Numbered from the stretch's first letter, positions 1-13,310 are shown. The stretch: DNA of 64,000 nt from Paraspadella gotoi (GCA_051294375.1 CM119268.1:16497074-16561073); one strand, 5' to 3'. The notes: generated by a model from the sequence alone, not told the origin. Numbers and translations are program-made.

Positions 1-758
1 TAACAGAAATGAGGATCTTTTGCAAAAGAGAGCTCTAATTAAAAAACAATCAACAATTCCGCATAGAGAAGCCTCCTACCTTCTAAAAATAGAAATATGA
101 AGATCACACCTGAAAGATAAGGCTGTAATCTTATACATTCAGATCGTAAACAAGGGATTCCTTCCAAAAAAAAGAACTAAAGCCCGAAGAGAAAGTTCTC
201 ACAAATGCAGCTTAACGATATATTTCTGATGAAACATTTAACGAAAATTGGTTTCTTGGTTCACGCGAGATGTCGCAGCTGCGGAACTTTTCTCAGGATA
301 GATTTTGTCACCAGAGAACGAAGGGGCTCCTCTTTACTAAAAGGAAAAAAGGGGAAAAATAGGTCGGAAAAGAGGAGGAGAAAGCAGAGGCTAACAAGGA
401 GGAAAAAGAGAGAGAGCGAGAGCGAGAGCATTAAAGAATAGAAAGTTGTGTATTCCTTTCGCTCGTTTAATAAAAAAAAAAAAAAAAATAGCTGGTGGAA
501 TTATAAGTTTGTAAGAGGAAGTCGTTAATCGTAAAAGGCAAAAATGTGGGAAAAAAGGGGTGGATTTTTGATGGGCTTTCTACGATTACTCCACAACCTG
601 AGGTCCCATTAAAGCGAAACTTGAGATTCACAATATTGAAGTCATTTCACATCTTGCTATATAAAAATTGAATGAGAAAACCACTGGCCTCTTTCGATAT
701 AGCGACTTCCTACGAGTCATAAAATCGGCCGGGATTTCCTTAAATTTGTCTCTTTAAC

Positions 759-1371
759 TAGAGCCAAACTTCGTCAATGGGGTGGGTCAGAAGTTGGATT
801 TGGGAACCTTTCCAAATGAAACTTCATACATTTCTGAGAAAACTTTCAATGGAGCAAAATTTTCTAAAATGGCAAGAAGCATTAGTAATTAATTTTTTAA
901 TATTTATTTATAGATAGGAAATGTCAAAAAATTTTTTTTGAATTTTTTATTTTTAAAAGCAGATTCAAATAGCTTATGAAAAGTTATCTACACAAAGTAT
1001 AATTCTTTTTTCAATATTTTGATGATAAGTGGGTTTAAATTGAGAAAAACCTTAAAAAATCATCATCATCATCATCATCCGATGATTTTAGCAGTTTTTA
1101 CTAATTTTTAGTAATAAAACATCAAAATTTTAAAAAGTTGTAATTATATTTTTTGCTTAACTTTTTAAGCTCTATCAGAATCAATTAAAAAAACTTAAAA
1201 TATACAAAAAAAATTTTTGACATTATATAGCAATATAATAATATTAATTAGCGAATTACTCATGGTTTGGAACATTTTTGCAAAAAAATATTTTAACACA
1301 ATAATTAATACCAATAATGGATTAGTTTAATGCTGTTCCCATTAAAATTTGAATTTGGTCGGCTACCGCTA
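759..1371. mobile_element. Non-autonomous DNA transposon (MITE), TAG...CTA termini, 7-bp TSD; copy 1
   Basis: Flanked by a perfect 7-bp duplication CTTTAAC (752-758 / 1372-1378). A near-identical copy in opposite orientation lies at 15576-16192 with its own 7-bp TSD. The imperfect termini are TAGAGCC.. and ..GGCTACCGCTA. Confidence 0.85.
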
Positions 1372-1420
1372 CTTTAACTTCTCCCTCCGTCCGGCTTTCT
1401 CCAAATGACCAAACGATCAG

Positions 1421-4400
1421 ATCTCGTCGATGGTGGAGGCGATCCTCAACTGCCACGCCGCGGAACAGGCCTGCAACGTCGTGCCCTACGGCTTCACCCC
1501 CTCGGCCGCCCAACCCTTACCCGCCTTTATCCCCAGCTACCCGCTGCTGCTGCGGCTGCGGAACCAAGCCAGTCACGCCCGCTACGTCGTTTTCGATCAC
1601 GGAGGCCTCAAGGTTGGAAGAGGATTGAGGGGGTTGGTTAGGTGGTAGGGTGGTGGTAGTCGTAAATGTCGAGGGTAATTTAATGGAAAGTTCGACGATG
1701 ATGATTTTCTGGTCAGTGGAAATATTTTTTTGGCGTTTTCGGCTGCTGAGGAAGCGCCTCGTTTTCTGATATAGTTTTAGTTTCTTTTTTAAATTTTAAT
1801 CTGCTCTGGACTCCGGACTGGAGCTGTAAGTTATTACACTTCTTCCGTGCATAATGATCCCCGGTTCGACTCGAATCAGATTAAAGATTTTTTTTTATTA
1901 TCTTGATTTTTTTCCCGCCGAATTTTCGAGCTACCAATTGTTAAGAGTGTAGTTTAAGTACGAATGATTGTTAAAATTATTTTAGACTCAGTTCCTCTCT
2001 CGTTTTAATTGTAACTTGGTTATCTCTTATCGCGTGATTTTCCGGTTTGATTTTTGACGACTTAATCATGGTCAATTTGAGGGTCATGAATCGAGTGAGT
2101 CGAGTGTCGACTCGTTGGATCGTTGGATAGACGAGTATCCGGACTAAGTTCAAACGCTTCTCAGTGGGATCCCCCTCTCACCCGCTTAACTTAAGCGAAG
2201 GAGAGAAAAGGGCATCGAGATTTGCTTGAGAGCGAGAAAGAGCTCAAGCGGGAAGTGTTCGGTTCTCGGGATTTTTTTTTAACCAAAATAGATTTAAAAA
2301 ATTTTTTTGTTATTAATACCAAAAACAGTATTGGCAAAATCAGAAACAGATTAAACAGATTTAATATAGATAGATTTCATTTGAAGAATATCTAGGCTTG
2401 GAAGATTTATCAGAGATATCATCCAATTATGTAGAAGTAATTCTCGCCTTTTCGGAATCTCTTTCCTTTTCACTTAACCCCTTTTTTTCCCAGTAACTTG
2501 ATTTTTGCTTCTTCTGCTCACGCACCTTTCCCTTCTCCCGCAGGAGGCGTTAAAGGAATTGCAACGCGACAAGTCAGAATTGCAATCCACTCGACGTGAC
2601 CTTCTCCTCGAACATTTCTTCCCCGATTTTCCCGTCAAACGTGTCTTCGTCATCGGCGACCAGGGAGGAAGTTGTTGTTGTTGTTGTTGTTGTTGTTGAG
2701 TGGTTAGTTAGTTTTAGTTAGTTTCAGTTAGGCATTTTTTTTTGGTCTAGATAGTCTAATTACTCTAGTTAGTTAATCCGATTAAATTTAGTTATCGAGT
2801 TATTTTTATCTGGTTTATCAAGATTAAGATTCAGTTTTTTCTCTCGTTTAAGACTTGACAACACACACGGTCACAAATGCACACACCCACGCTCTCTCAG
2901 TCCCTCACACAAAAACATACACAAAGAGACTCACACACACACACGCACGGAAGAAGTGAAACAAAATCCCACACACACAAAAAAAGGATATAATTAGGTT
3001 AAAATATTCCGACGGCAGATTTTGGTTCGCGAAAAGCCGCCCGTTTTGCAGACGACCTACACTGATCACTACTGTCGAGAAACGCTGATCGCGTTGGCGA
3101 AAAAAGTCAACGGCGTCTATGTTGAGCTCGAGAAGAAGTACAACAGGTCGGCGCGCAATGAATAAACAGGCTGGGAAGGATTGTCGATATTCTATTCATT
3201 GGGAGAAATCAAAATATTTTTTCATCGATTAATTATTTTTCAAAACGTTAGTAACAGGATACTCCACTAGTCCACCCTGTAGCGATTTGAATTCTTAAAA
3301 AATAAAATTTAGATGGCGTGTCAACTGCGTATGAGAGAGAGAGAGAGAGAGAGAGAGATTAATTTTCCTCATTCACGTCTAGCCACTAAGGAATTTTCAC
3401 AAGTTTTTTCCTCTTCCTCTTCCTCTTCCCTTCGACTATCAGCAACGATTTTCACTGTCGGTTGTTTCCTTTAACAACTCGAGACATTCGGCATTTTATT
3501 GGCGGGCGGGGCAGTGGTTAAAAATACGGCCCCCTCCGCTGAAAATTCTCACCCACTCGGAGTGTCGCAGTGTCTTAAAACTCAATCGCACACTTACGTA
3601 ACCGACAATCCGGTCGTCACCTTTACAGTTTTGGCTACGTGACCTTTACATCGGACGCGGCGGACATGAAGAACCCTTTGAAGCCGTCGGAGGTGGCGAA
3701 GGCGGTGCCTTGCAAGGACGACGTGCTGCTGTTGACGGCCAAAGTCATCAGCAAACAAATGAACCATCTGAAGATCTTTCGTTTCGACGCCATCCCTAAT
3801 CCGGAAGGATTCGGGTCAGAGAGACGTGCGGTTTCGTACAATTCATGCCTGAAAGTCTGAGTTTTGGCTGCGAACTAACGGTTAACGAACACAGTTAATA
3901 ATTCTAGACAACTATTGAACTTGTATGGCAACGGAAGGATTGCCTGTGATAACTGGGACGCGTGGTATCTCACCAAACGTTTACTGTTCAACAGTTACTA
4001 CTTGATCAAATTCGTGATACTTCCCATAATGCTCTACGACGGCGTCCCTGACGCTGATGAACGCGTCTTCAATGTCATCCAATCCAGGTGTGTATAAGAG
4101 AGAGAGAGTGAGAGAGAGAGAGAGACCATTCGTTTTATGGTTCTCCGATAATCGGGCCCCCTTTTCCCCCCTTTCATGTTCGGAACGGTTCACCTAATTG
4201 TGATAAAAGAAATAAAACTGATTTCACTCAAAATTATGTTTTCTAAACAATTACGGTAAAAGCTAATCCTCAAGCCGAGCGAGCGAGTTGTTTGTAGATT
4301 TGGATGCTACAGAGAGAGCGAGAGAGAGAGAGAGAGAAAGCGAGAGAGAGATAAAATGTGACATGAATAAAATCTCAACGTCCTTGTACTAATTTCCCCT

Positions 4401-6442
4401 CTTACCATCTTCTTCCTCTAGATCCACCCGGCGTGCCTTCCGCAAGGACATGCGACGCCAGAATCCCCTTCAGATCATGGAGATGGCGCTGTGGACTGTT
4501 CCGGGTTGGAAGCAAGCTGGGCTCACTCTCGGCGATCTCAAGATGCAGAAGATCAATCCATGGAAGGCGCGTTTCCGAGTCGCGTTAAGCGGAGGGAAAA
4601 AGTTTATTCGTGAAGGTGAGGGGGGAATGAATTCGATTATTAAGTGATATTAAGTGATATTACTTAAATAATAGGTAAGGCAAGGTAAAGGCAGAAAAAT
4701 GAAACCAATTAAGTGAATGAACAAAAAAAAATTAAATCTCCGTATAAATGTATTTAAAATTTTAAATAAACGACCTGTACTGACAATATATGCATGTACC
4801 CGCTCACTAAGGCGTAGTGAAAGTTACATACGAAAATTTTAAAAGTCAATTATGAACAACATACCATCAGTGAACATTAATTTGTAAAAAAAAATTAATT
4901 TTATGTTTTTTTTTAATTTTCGCAGTAGGCCATATTTATAAAATCTAAAAATTTCAAAATTGGCTTTTCTTAATTTTGAATGCAGATTTGATTTCCTCGT
5001 CAAAAGTTGATAAAAGAAAATATAAATCATTTTTAAAAATTCTTTCATTAAGTGGGTTAAAAATTTAAAAAACTATATTTAATATATAAAAAAATAATTT
5101 TCAGCTTAAGATATAGCTTTTTCTAATTTTTGACCCACTTAATGAAGGAATTTTTCTTTTTATCAACTTTTTATGACAAATCCAAATCCAAAAAATCTTA
5201 GAAAAAACTGTTTTGAAATTTTAACATTTATTGATTTAGTACTAGTATAAATATGGCCTACTGCGTAAATTGTAAAATTTATTATTAATTTTTTATTACA
5301 TAAATGTTCATTAGTATAATGTTGTTCGTTCCTCACTATTAGAATTTTAATTAAAGTTAAATTAAAAAATTTTACTACGCCTTACCGCTCACCCAGCGGA
5401 CGAACCTGACGCGGACTTCTCCCACGTGCATCCCCGCGCCTGCCTCGTCCGCTTCTACCGCATCATCCCGCCGCGTCGTTGGCTCATGGACGAGGCCGCC
5501 TTCGCCAATATGGTCGACGACGTCCACCGCGTGGGACTCGGCCCCGCCTACGGAGACGTCATTGACGCTGTCTATTTTGGCGCGAAGAGGGTCGTGGCCA
5601 AGACCAGGTGGGCGAAGGGCGTTGTTGGCGTCGGTGGCAAAAATTGTCCGTCGGCTGATAAGTATTTAATTTTATACTACAGTTCAGAAGTCTAAAACTT
5701 CTAATTGTTTTAAACTTTAACTAAATCTCCCGAGAAAAATAAAATTCTATGTTACTGTTAGAACTAAAAATAGAGTTTGTCTTTGCCATAAAATCTCCTT
5801 ATAACTAAACTCATAATTTGTAATTTTTTTTTTTAGATTCAATTTCAAATCATAACTCGAGTAGCTTTACTTTCATTAATTTATTTGGTAAGATAAAAGT
5901 TCCGTTCAATTGAAGACAAAAGTAAGAGTAAAAGCTAACAAACACGGTTTTTTTTCTTCTTTAAAATCTCCCGCGTTTTTTGCCGAATGACTCTTTGTCC
6001 CCGGAGTTCGTTCCTCTTGATCGGGCCCTATCTTNNNNNNNNNNNNNNNNNNNNNNNNNNNNNNNNNNNNNNNNNNNNNNNNNNNNNNNNNNNNNNNNNN
6101 NNNNNNNNNNNNNNNNNNNNNNNNNNNNNNNNNNNNNNNNNNNNNNNNNNNNNNNNNNNNNNNNNNNNNNNNNNNNNNNNNNNNNNNNNNNNNNNNNNNN
6201 NNNNNNNNNNNNNNNNNNNNNNNNNNNNNNNNNNNNNNNNNNNNAAGCCTTCTTCTTTCTCTCTCAACTTCAGATCCTGGATCCACGGATGGAGTCTGAA
6301 GCAGCTGCTGACGGACGACCGAGTCTTGCCTCATCGACTGGAGAAAGTCTTTAGAAAAGTCGGGGATTCTTTGGCAAGGTCGATCAACTCTCTCTCTCTC
6401 TCTCTTCTCTTTTTCTTTCTTTCCCTCTCTCTCCTTTTTTTC

Positions 6443-6485
<43 letters not shown>

Positions 6486-8381
6486 CTCTCTTTCACTCTC
6501 CCCGTTAGATTTTGACATCTCGACTTTGAATAATGGTTCACAGTGCGTCTCTTTCTCTCTCCCTCCTTTCCCTCTTTGGTCCTCTCTCTTTTTCCTCCTT
6601 TTTTCCCTTCCCTTGCACCCCCCTTCTCTTTCCCTCCTTTTTCCCTCTCTTTCCCTTCCCCTCCAGATTCCACCTTCTAGTCGAGAAACCCTGTTTCCGC
6701 GAGCTCACATCTCCGAATCAGATTATTCTCTCCCGGAAGCGAAGACCTTTTATCTCTTCGAGGTTTGGCGTCGGGACGCGCTGATGGCCGTCTCTTGCCT
6801 CCACCACCAACAAGCGTTGGAGAAGACGAAGACGAAGGCCAAATTGAAGGTTGGGGGAATGAGAATAGGCCAAGATAAAGGAGGGGAGGAAGGAGAGGCC
6901 AAGTTAAGTTTAGGGAGGGGGGGGATAGGCCAAGAAGTAGGTGGGGTAGACAAAACTTATGTTTCGGAAGTTTTGGGTCGAACTTTATTTAGTTTATCCG
7001 AATCAGCTGACGATCGAGTAGAAACGAAAAAATGCTCGAGACAGAGACAGAGACAGACAGACAGTTCGAAGAAACTATAGCAGAAAGCCAGGGCGGCAGC
7101 AGTCGCCTCCTGGCGATGCGGAGCAGCGTCGGGAATTGCTTCGCTCATGTGGGATCAACGACCCGCGCGAAAGGCTGATGCGCTGGGAGTTGCGGGGGCG
7201 GAAAACGAAATATTAGAAATCCATTGAGTTTAGTTCCGTACAAATATACGGCAAATATACTACAATATACAGTTTAGGATCAGAAAACCGAGCTAAGCTT
7301 AGTTTAGCATTAACTAAGCCGCTTTCATCAATCTCGAAAACCCTTTGACTTTTGGCGAATAAATCCGCTCTCACTTTTTTTTGGGGGGGCGTCAACCAGC
7401 CTCATTTTAAAAGTAGGATATAATTGTAACATTATGTTTAATGTTTTATTTCGAATTCAACTGGAAAAAAAAATTGAAGTGGATGATGATGATGATGATG
7501 ATGATGATAAAGGATGATGATGATGATGATGACGACGACCCCCCCATATCATAGGAATGGGAGTGGCTTTTCGGCATTCTCTGGACTTCCGTGGCCGACA
7601 TAGAGTTCCTCAAGCGCATTTGCTGTCGGACGGTGAAGATGCACGAGAGTCGACGACTCGTTTGGGGATATCACGATCTCCACGCGGCCAACATCATCGT
7701 GGAAGAGGACGAACCCTGGGACATTGAGGAGGTCGAGAAGGTTAGCTCGTAGTACGTCTCTACCTCCACGGGGTGCAAGCGGGAACATCCTTTTGGAGAA
7801 AACAAGGAGAAGAAAAAGCCGAAAGGCGGAATCCTGATCTGTTTCTTGGGTAACGAAGTGGACCAGGCCAAGCCGACCTGGTCACCTCCCCCCTCTTCTT
7901 TCCCTTCCCAATCCCCTTCCCCCTCCCCCCTCTCTCCCTCTCTTCCTCTACCTTTCCCCACCCTTTTTAAACAACATTCTGGCAGCAGCCTCTCTAGGCA
8001 CTGTGGTCAAAACAGCTTTGAGATTGAGGTAGTGCCTTGTTGGACGAATGCCTTTCAAGTCAAATAAAGAAGGTTAGTNNNNNNNNNNNNNNNNNNNNNN
8101 NNNNNNNNNNNNNNNNNNNNNNNNNNNNNNNNNNNNNNNNNNNNNNNNNNNNNNNNNNNNNNNNNNNNNNNNNNNNNNNNNNNNNNNNNNNNNNNNNNNN
8201 NNNNNNNNNNNNNNNNNNNNCCGCCTCAAACGCCTCTTCGACAAAGGGCCCAAGTCCGTGCAGTTCGGACAGGCGGACTTCGCGGCGCCGGGATTCGCCG
8301 TCTTCGACATCGCGTCCATCATCGTCTCTCTGGAGGATATCAGACTGCGGCAGGAGGAGACGGGTCTGGAGATTTGTAGGA

Positions 8382-8413
<32 letters not shown>

Positions 8414-8841
8414 AAAGAAAAGAAAGAAAAAGAAAGAAAGAAAGAAAGAAAGAAAGAAATGAAAAGCAAGCAAGAAGCATAGCAAGCAAGCAACAAGCAA
8501 GCAAGCAAGCAAGCAAGCAAAGCAAAGCAGTTAAGCAAGCGAACGAAATAAAGCTGATTGGAATTCGAATTAGGCGCCCCCGCTTTCACCTTCGACGTTC
8601 TCCACGACGCCGTCCAATGGATGGTCGAGGCCTACGTCCGACGCACCCAGGTGACCGACGACGCCCGGCGCGCCGCTTGGGGCGATCCGGCAGGGGCCGC
8701 GGCGCCGGGGCGTCACCCGCCGGTGGACTACGTCGCCAGGAAGATGATAGTCGACGCTTGGGTCTTCGTTCCGCTGGCGGCGCTGATGAAGGCCTTCGAT
8801 TACTTTTACGACGTGAGGGGCGAGAGAGAGAGAGAGAGAGA

Positions 8842-8873
<32 letters not shown>

Positions 8874-9288
8874 TTACATTTTTTTCGAGCGGCTCTCGCT
8901 TTAAAACTCCCACCGTTGTGGGTTTTGACGGCCAAAACAATTAAATATATTTTCCCAACATTATTAGACAGGACTCTTAATCCTGGGGTGGTGAGTTCGG
9001 AGGAGGAATAAGATGATGAGGAGGAGGTGCTACAGATTAGGAATAGAGAAGAACCTTTAACAAGCTCCACCTGCACTCACGAAGGCCTGCAACGCGGACG
9101 ACGAGGTTGAGGACGACGAGGCAGATTCGGGCGACGTCTCGGGCGGCGTGGAGGGCATTCTCCAAGCAGCCAAGAACCACCTCATTATATTCGACCACTC
9201 ACTGCGGAAACTGACTCGAGCCCTCATCGCCTACAAGGAGAACATGCTCTCGGGACGTGGGGAGACCTCTATGAATATTCGTGTCTGA
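1421..9288 (+). CDS. Multi-exon choline/ethanolamine-kinase-like (APH/ChoK fold) protein with a long, possibly vWA-like N-terminal region; the 5' end may lie outside the window
   Basis: GC-rich exons with AG/GT boundaries: 1421-1612, 2544-~2670, ~3052-3146, 3629-3814, 3908-4087, 4422-4615, 5397-5607, 6274-6378, 6667-6849, 7555-7740, (gap)8221-~8375, 8574-8812, 9085-9288 (TGA). Most junction phases agree. The translation shows ChoK-like segments LVRFY..E...GLGPAYG, WIHGWSL..LARFH, Brenner-type YHDLHAANII and ADFAAPGFAVFDIA. Unresolved points: the exon 2/3 phase, an apparent frameshift near 6680-6720, and N gaps. Confidence 0.7.
4808..5384. mobile_element. hAT-like MITE with TIRs and 8-bp TSD in a kinase-gene intron
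   Basis: TIRs TAAGGCGTAGT(G/A)AAA ... TTTACTACGCCTTA, with a perfect 8-bp duplication CCGCTCAC at 4800-4807 and 5385-5392. An 8-bp TSD is typical of hAT elements. Confidence 0.85.
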
Positions 9289-9397
9289 CATTTAGATCGA
9301 TAGATGAATAGATGGAACTGTTGATGAAGATTTATTGGGAGGAAGACGTTGGCTCCGTGAAAATAATATAATAAAAAATTTTTAAAAAATATATAAT

Positions 9398-9436
9398 AAA
9401 CCACCAAAGCCTGTCCAAAGTCAGGGGCAAGATAGC
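9398..9436 (+). repeat. 3' half of the twister-ribozyme repeat, starting at the predicted cleavage site
   Basis: AAACCACCAAAGCCTGTCCAAAGTCAGGGGCAAGATAGC is identical to the reverse complement of 27556-27594. Confidence 0.85.
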
Positions 9437-9636
9437 GCGATGAAAACGCGATGAAAACATTTTTCTGATTTTTTTTTTTAATTGATACGATGGTCGCAAT
9501 GCGAGATAGCAACGAGTGAGACCAGGACGAAAAGACTCGACCGGCAAGATAATGCATTGATTAAATTAAAGATACAATTTTCGAGGAATAATAATGATAA
9601 TCTTTTAAATACGTTCGAGTTTTTCTTCTTCTTCCG

Positions 9637-9690
<54 letters not shown>

Positions 9691-12600
9691 CCGCTGTAAT
9701 TTATTTCCATTTAATTTTTTAGTATTTGGTTAGACGAGAATCCCGCTTAAAAAAAAATTCAACATTTTTCTAATAGAGAATTCGGTCCAAATTGACCTAC
9801 CAAATTGCGAAAACGCGTTTGCCAGAAATTCGGTTAAAAAACACTTGTAAAAACGGCACGATTCCGAGAGTGTTACATCTGAAGAGCTTGTCCTATTCGT
9901 TATTATGGCATTTGATAAAGGATTTAATATCAAACAAGCCAGGGGAAAATGCACTACAGAATTTTCAAACCTCATTTTACTATAGAAATGAAAGGGAAAG
10001 TTTACAAACTTAAAATTGCAAACGGGATTGCTTTATGTTCCTGTTACATGAGCGACTTCATTTCGCGATTCTGCTATGTTTGTGTCTGAAGAGCTTGTCC
10101 TATTTTTCTTTTTCATTTTATAATGATTTTGACATAAAATGATCAGGTTTAAATGAAATAGTCCGGTTTGAATCGTGAAATTTTTATTTAAAAAGAAATT
10201 AAAAGGAAGTTGAGAAAAAAACTGATTTTTCCCAATATCTTTTGAAGGAATAAAGATAAAGGGATGGTAAATAGTACCAAAATGAAGCCATAATCATAGG
10301 GCACATACAAGATACAATTTTAGAATTACTTATGCTGAAACCTCCTTACAGGGTGAGTGTCAAACTAAGTCAAAATGTTAATGAATTTTAAAACTAATGA
10401 CACCTATAAGAATAAATGAAAATTTAATTCTTATTAATGATTCTGAAAGAAAAAAGGCTAAATTGTACTCTAGTACAACTTTAAAGTTTTTTGGATAAAG
10501 AAAATGTGAATTTTTTGTCACTTTAATATTTGCTTGTCTGATTTTACAAGCATGCTTACAAAATACTACAAAATATTATTCACCCCATCACAGCCTAAGT
10601 ATTTATCTTTCTTTTCCACCAGCAAAAAGTAAACATTATTTTATGCTAGACGAATTTTTTCATAATATCCCAATGTAATGTAATTTATTTATATTTTTTA
10701 CCCAGAAATCACAATACGATTGTATTGTGGTTCCCTTCGCTGTTAAAAAAAAAATTACTAGCGGATTATAAGTTCGTAGAGGAAGTCAGAATCGGGCGAA
10801 AAATCGGCAGTCATTCGCCCTCCCAAACAGGTCCGGGGTTCTTCTTTTTCTTTCTTTTTCTTTTCTATAGCGGCTTCCCAATTGGTGACAAAGTTGTTTG
10901 ACGCACGAAAATGTAGAAAATGACTATAAAGCGACAGAGTATCGTGTTGCAGGTAAAGCGTTTGTAATTTATTGTTATATACCAAATGTAGAAGGATTTA
11001 GATACAAACGGCATTGAACGCATTGAAAGGCATTGAAGGCATTGAACGACATAGAAACGCATGGAACGCTGGACTATAAAGATAATATAAACGAATTAAT
11101 AAAACCTTAATAATTAAATCAAGTAAAGAAACATTAAACAAAACCTGCTTACGCTCGTAAAGCTTGAGAACTACTATTATATATTCTTACTTTCTCACAA
11201 AGGTAAGTTTTTCACTCAGATATATAGTAAACATTTTAGGCAAAAAGAGAACGATTTTTGGGAAACGTGAAACACGGAAATATTTAACAGACAACAAAAG
11301 TTTTTTTCTTAATTGAACCCAAAAAAATTCCGAAGCGACATATATAAAATGAATGTAAGAAAACATCGTCTTTTTTCCTCGTGGCTCGATTTCGATAAAT
11401 TTGGTACCGATCGACGTGGAATTACGTCTAGTATACTGAGATAAAATTTCATTAAAATCGGTCCACGCGTTCAACAAGTTATGGGCAAAAACGACGAAAA
11501 AATAGCGCCTTCCGAGGATCAACTTTCGCCGCTCAACGAGCGAAAAAGTGGTTAACATAAGATTTGACTACGTAGTACTAATCATCTAGTCCAACCGAAT
11601 CGACGGTAAAGCCGATCCCCGTTCCGGGCCCAATAGAAATAAATGTAAATTACGGAGCTGACTACGGAAAGAAAAATTGATATAGGAAACGAATTTATAA
11701 GAGAATAAAGGTGATATGATCACTGATATAACTTAAATAAGTGATTAAATGATAATTTAAAATCAATTGGGGGTTAATTTTACTTCCTCCGACGCGGTAA
11801 CACCCAATTGGTTTACAATTGGATGACGACGAACTTCCGTGGCAACCCCTTTGATCATTTGCCGCTTTCATCACCACATTGCAAACCGTTAGCTCTTTAG
11901 TCTAATTTAACAACAACGACCGCGACAAGAAGAACTGACTGTAGAAAATGTTTTGTATTTTCTATGCCCTGCGGTTCGCGGTTCGAAGCGTCGGCCGTCG
12001 GATGAACAGATTTTGACAAGGAGCAAGGATTTCGTAGTTTCTTACTAAATCTCGAAGCGTAAAGAAAACGTCGAAAATGTAGAATAAATTGTGAATTATT
12101 GTATTTTTTGTAGAGATAAATCCATGGCAAATCAATGAAAGTCGAAAAAATGTTTGTAATAACCCTTGGATCCGTAAAAACTACGGTTGCAGACGGCCGA
12201 TCTTTTCTTTAAAAATGATTCTGATCGAATAACAAGTGACGAGGTTTTCGGTCCGAAAGAAGCCAGAAGAAAGCAACTAGAACGGTGAAATGAAATGACT
12301 AAAAAAGAATGACCCGATGCGAGGTAAACAAAATATCTTACACTGACTTACAGGTCATAACTGACATGTAACCAAGGTAAGGTTACTGACCTTTAACTGC
12401 CTTACTTCTACTATTTTTTATCGTTTTCCATTTTTTTCTTACCATTTTGATCATACTTGTCAATATAAAAATAATTTTCTCCTCTCAAAACGAATTCAAC
12501 ATGGAGGGATTCATTCCCAGAACGACACTCTTCTGCCCGACCTCTCCGGTGTTGGCGCCGTCCAGGCTCTGCGGGCGCCGGCATCGCCAAGGTACGAATC

Positions 12601-13310
12601 CAGTTGCAATCAATCATTGTGTCAATTGATCCTATCATTCGACAGCAATCTGGGAGCTCAGAGAAGCGATCTCTCGCGCTTAAGCGCCAATCCTTCCACC
12701 GCCTAGCTCGGCCGCGCCCGCCCCGCGATTGATCCGGTGCCTGAGGACTCGGGAGTTTCTTGCGCTCAAGAGGAGGCGCCTGGAAGCCGGTCNNNNNNNN
12801 NNNNNNNNNNNNNNNNNNNNNNNNNNNNNNNNNNNNNNNNNNNNNNNNNNNNNNNNNNNNNNNNNNNNNNNNNNNNNNNNNNNNNNNNNNNNAAAAAATC
12901 AGTATTTTTACAATTTTTGTGCAATACCCTACCAGTATTGTTTGCTCAAACTTGTTATTAAGCAGATCCAGCATTGTTTACTCAAACTTGTTAATAAAGA
13001 TTCAGGTTTTTTATAAAAAGTTAGACCAAAAATATAGAATATATTATCATAAATGTTTACAGTGTCAAAATTCTACTTCTTTTACAACGTCACAATCTCT
13101 CAGAAATAATAAAAAAATTAAATGATAAAGTAAGAATTCATTTTGTTTACAGACAACAAATTTGTTTTATTTTCATGTAGTCTGTCGACAAAACAAAAAT
13201 TTTCATTGAATTCTAATTTCAAACGCAGCAAAAAGATATGCACGTAAAAAAATTAATGAAAAAAGAAAAAAAGAGAGAAAGAAAGAAAGAAAGAGAAGAA
13301 AGAAAAAAAA

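Noticed and set aside
1855-1880. GGTTCGACTC tRNA T-loop-like motif
   Set aside because: No acceptor stem, D-arm or anticodon arm can be built around it.
7007-7030. CTGACGA..GAAAC hammerhead-like core
   Set aside because: No convincing stem I or III, and no NUH site in the required position.
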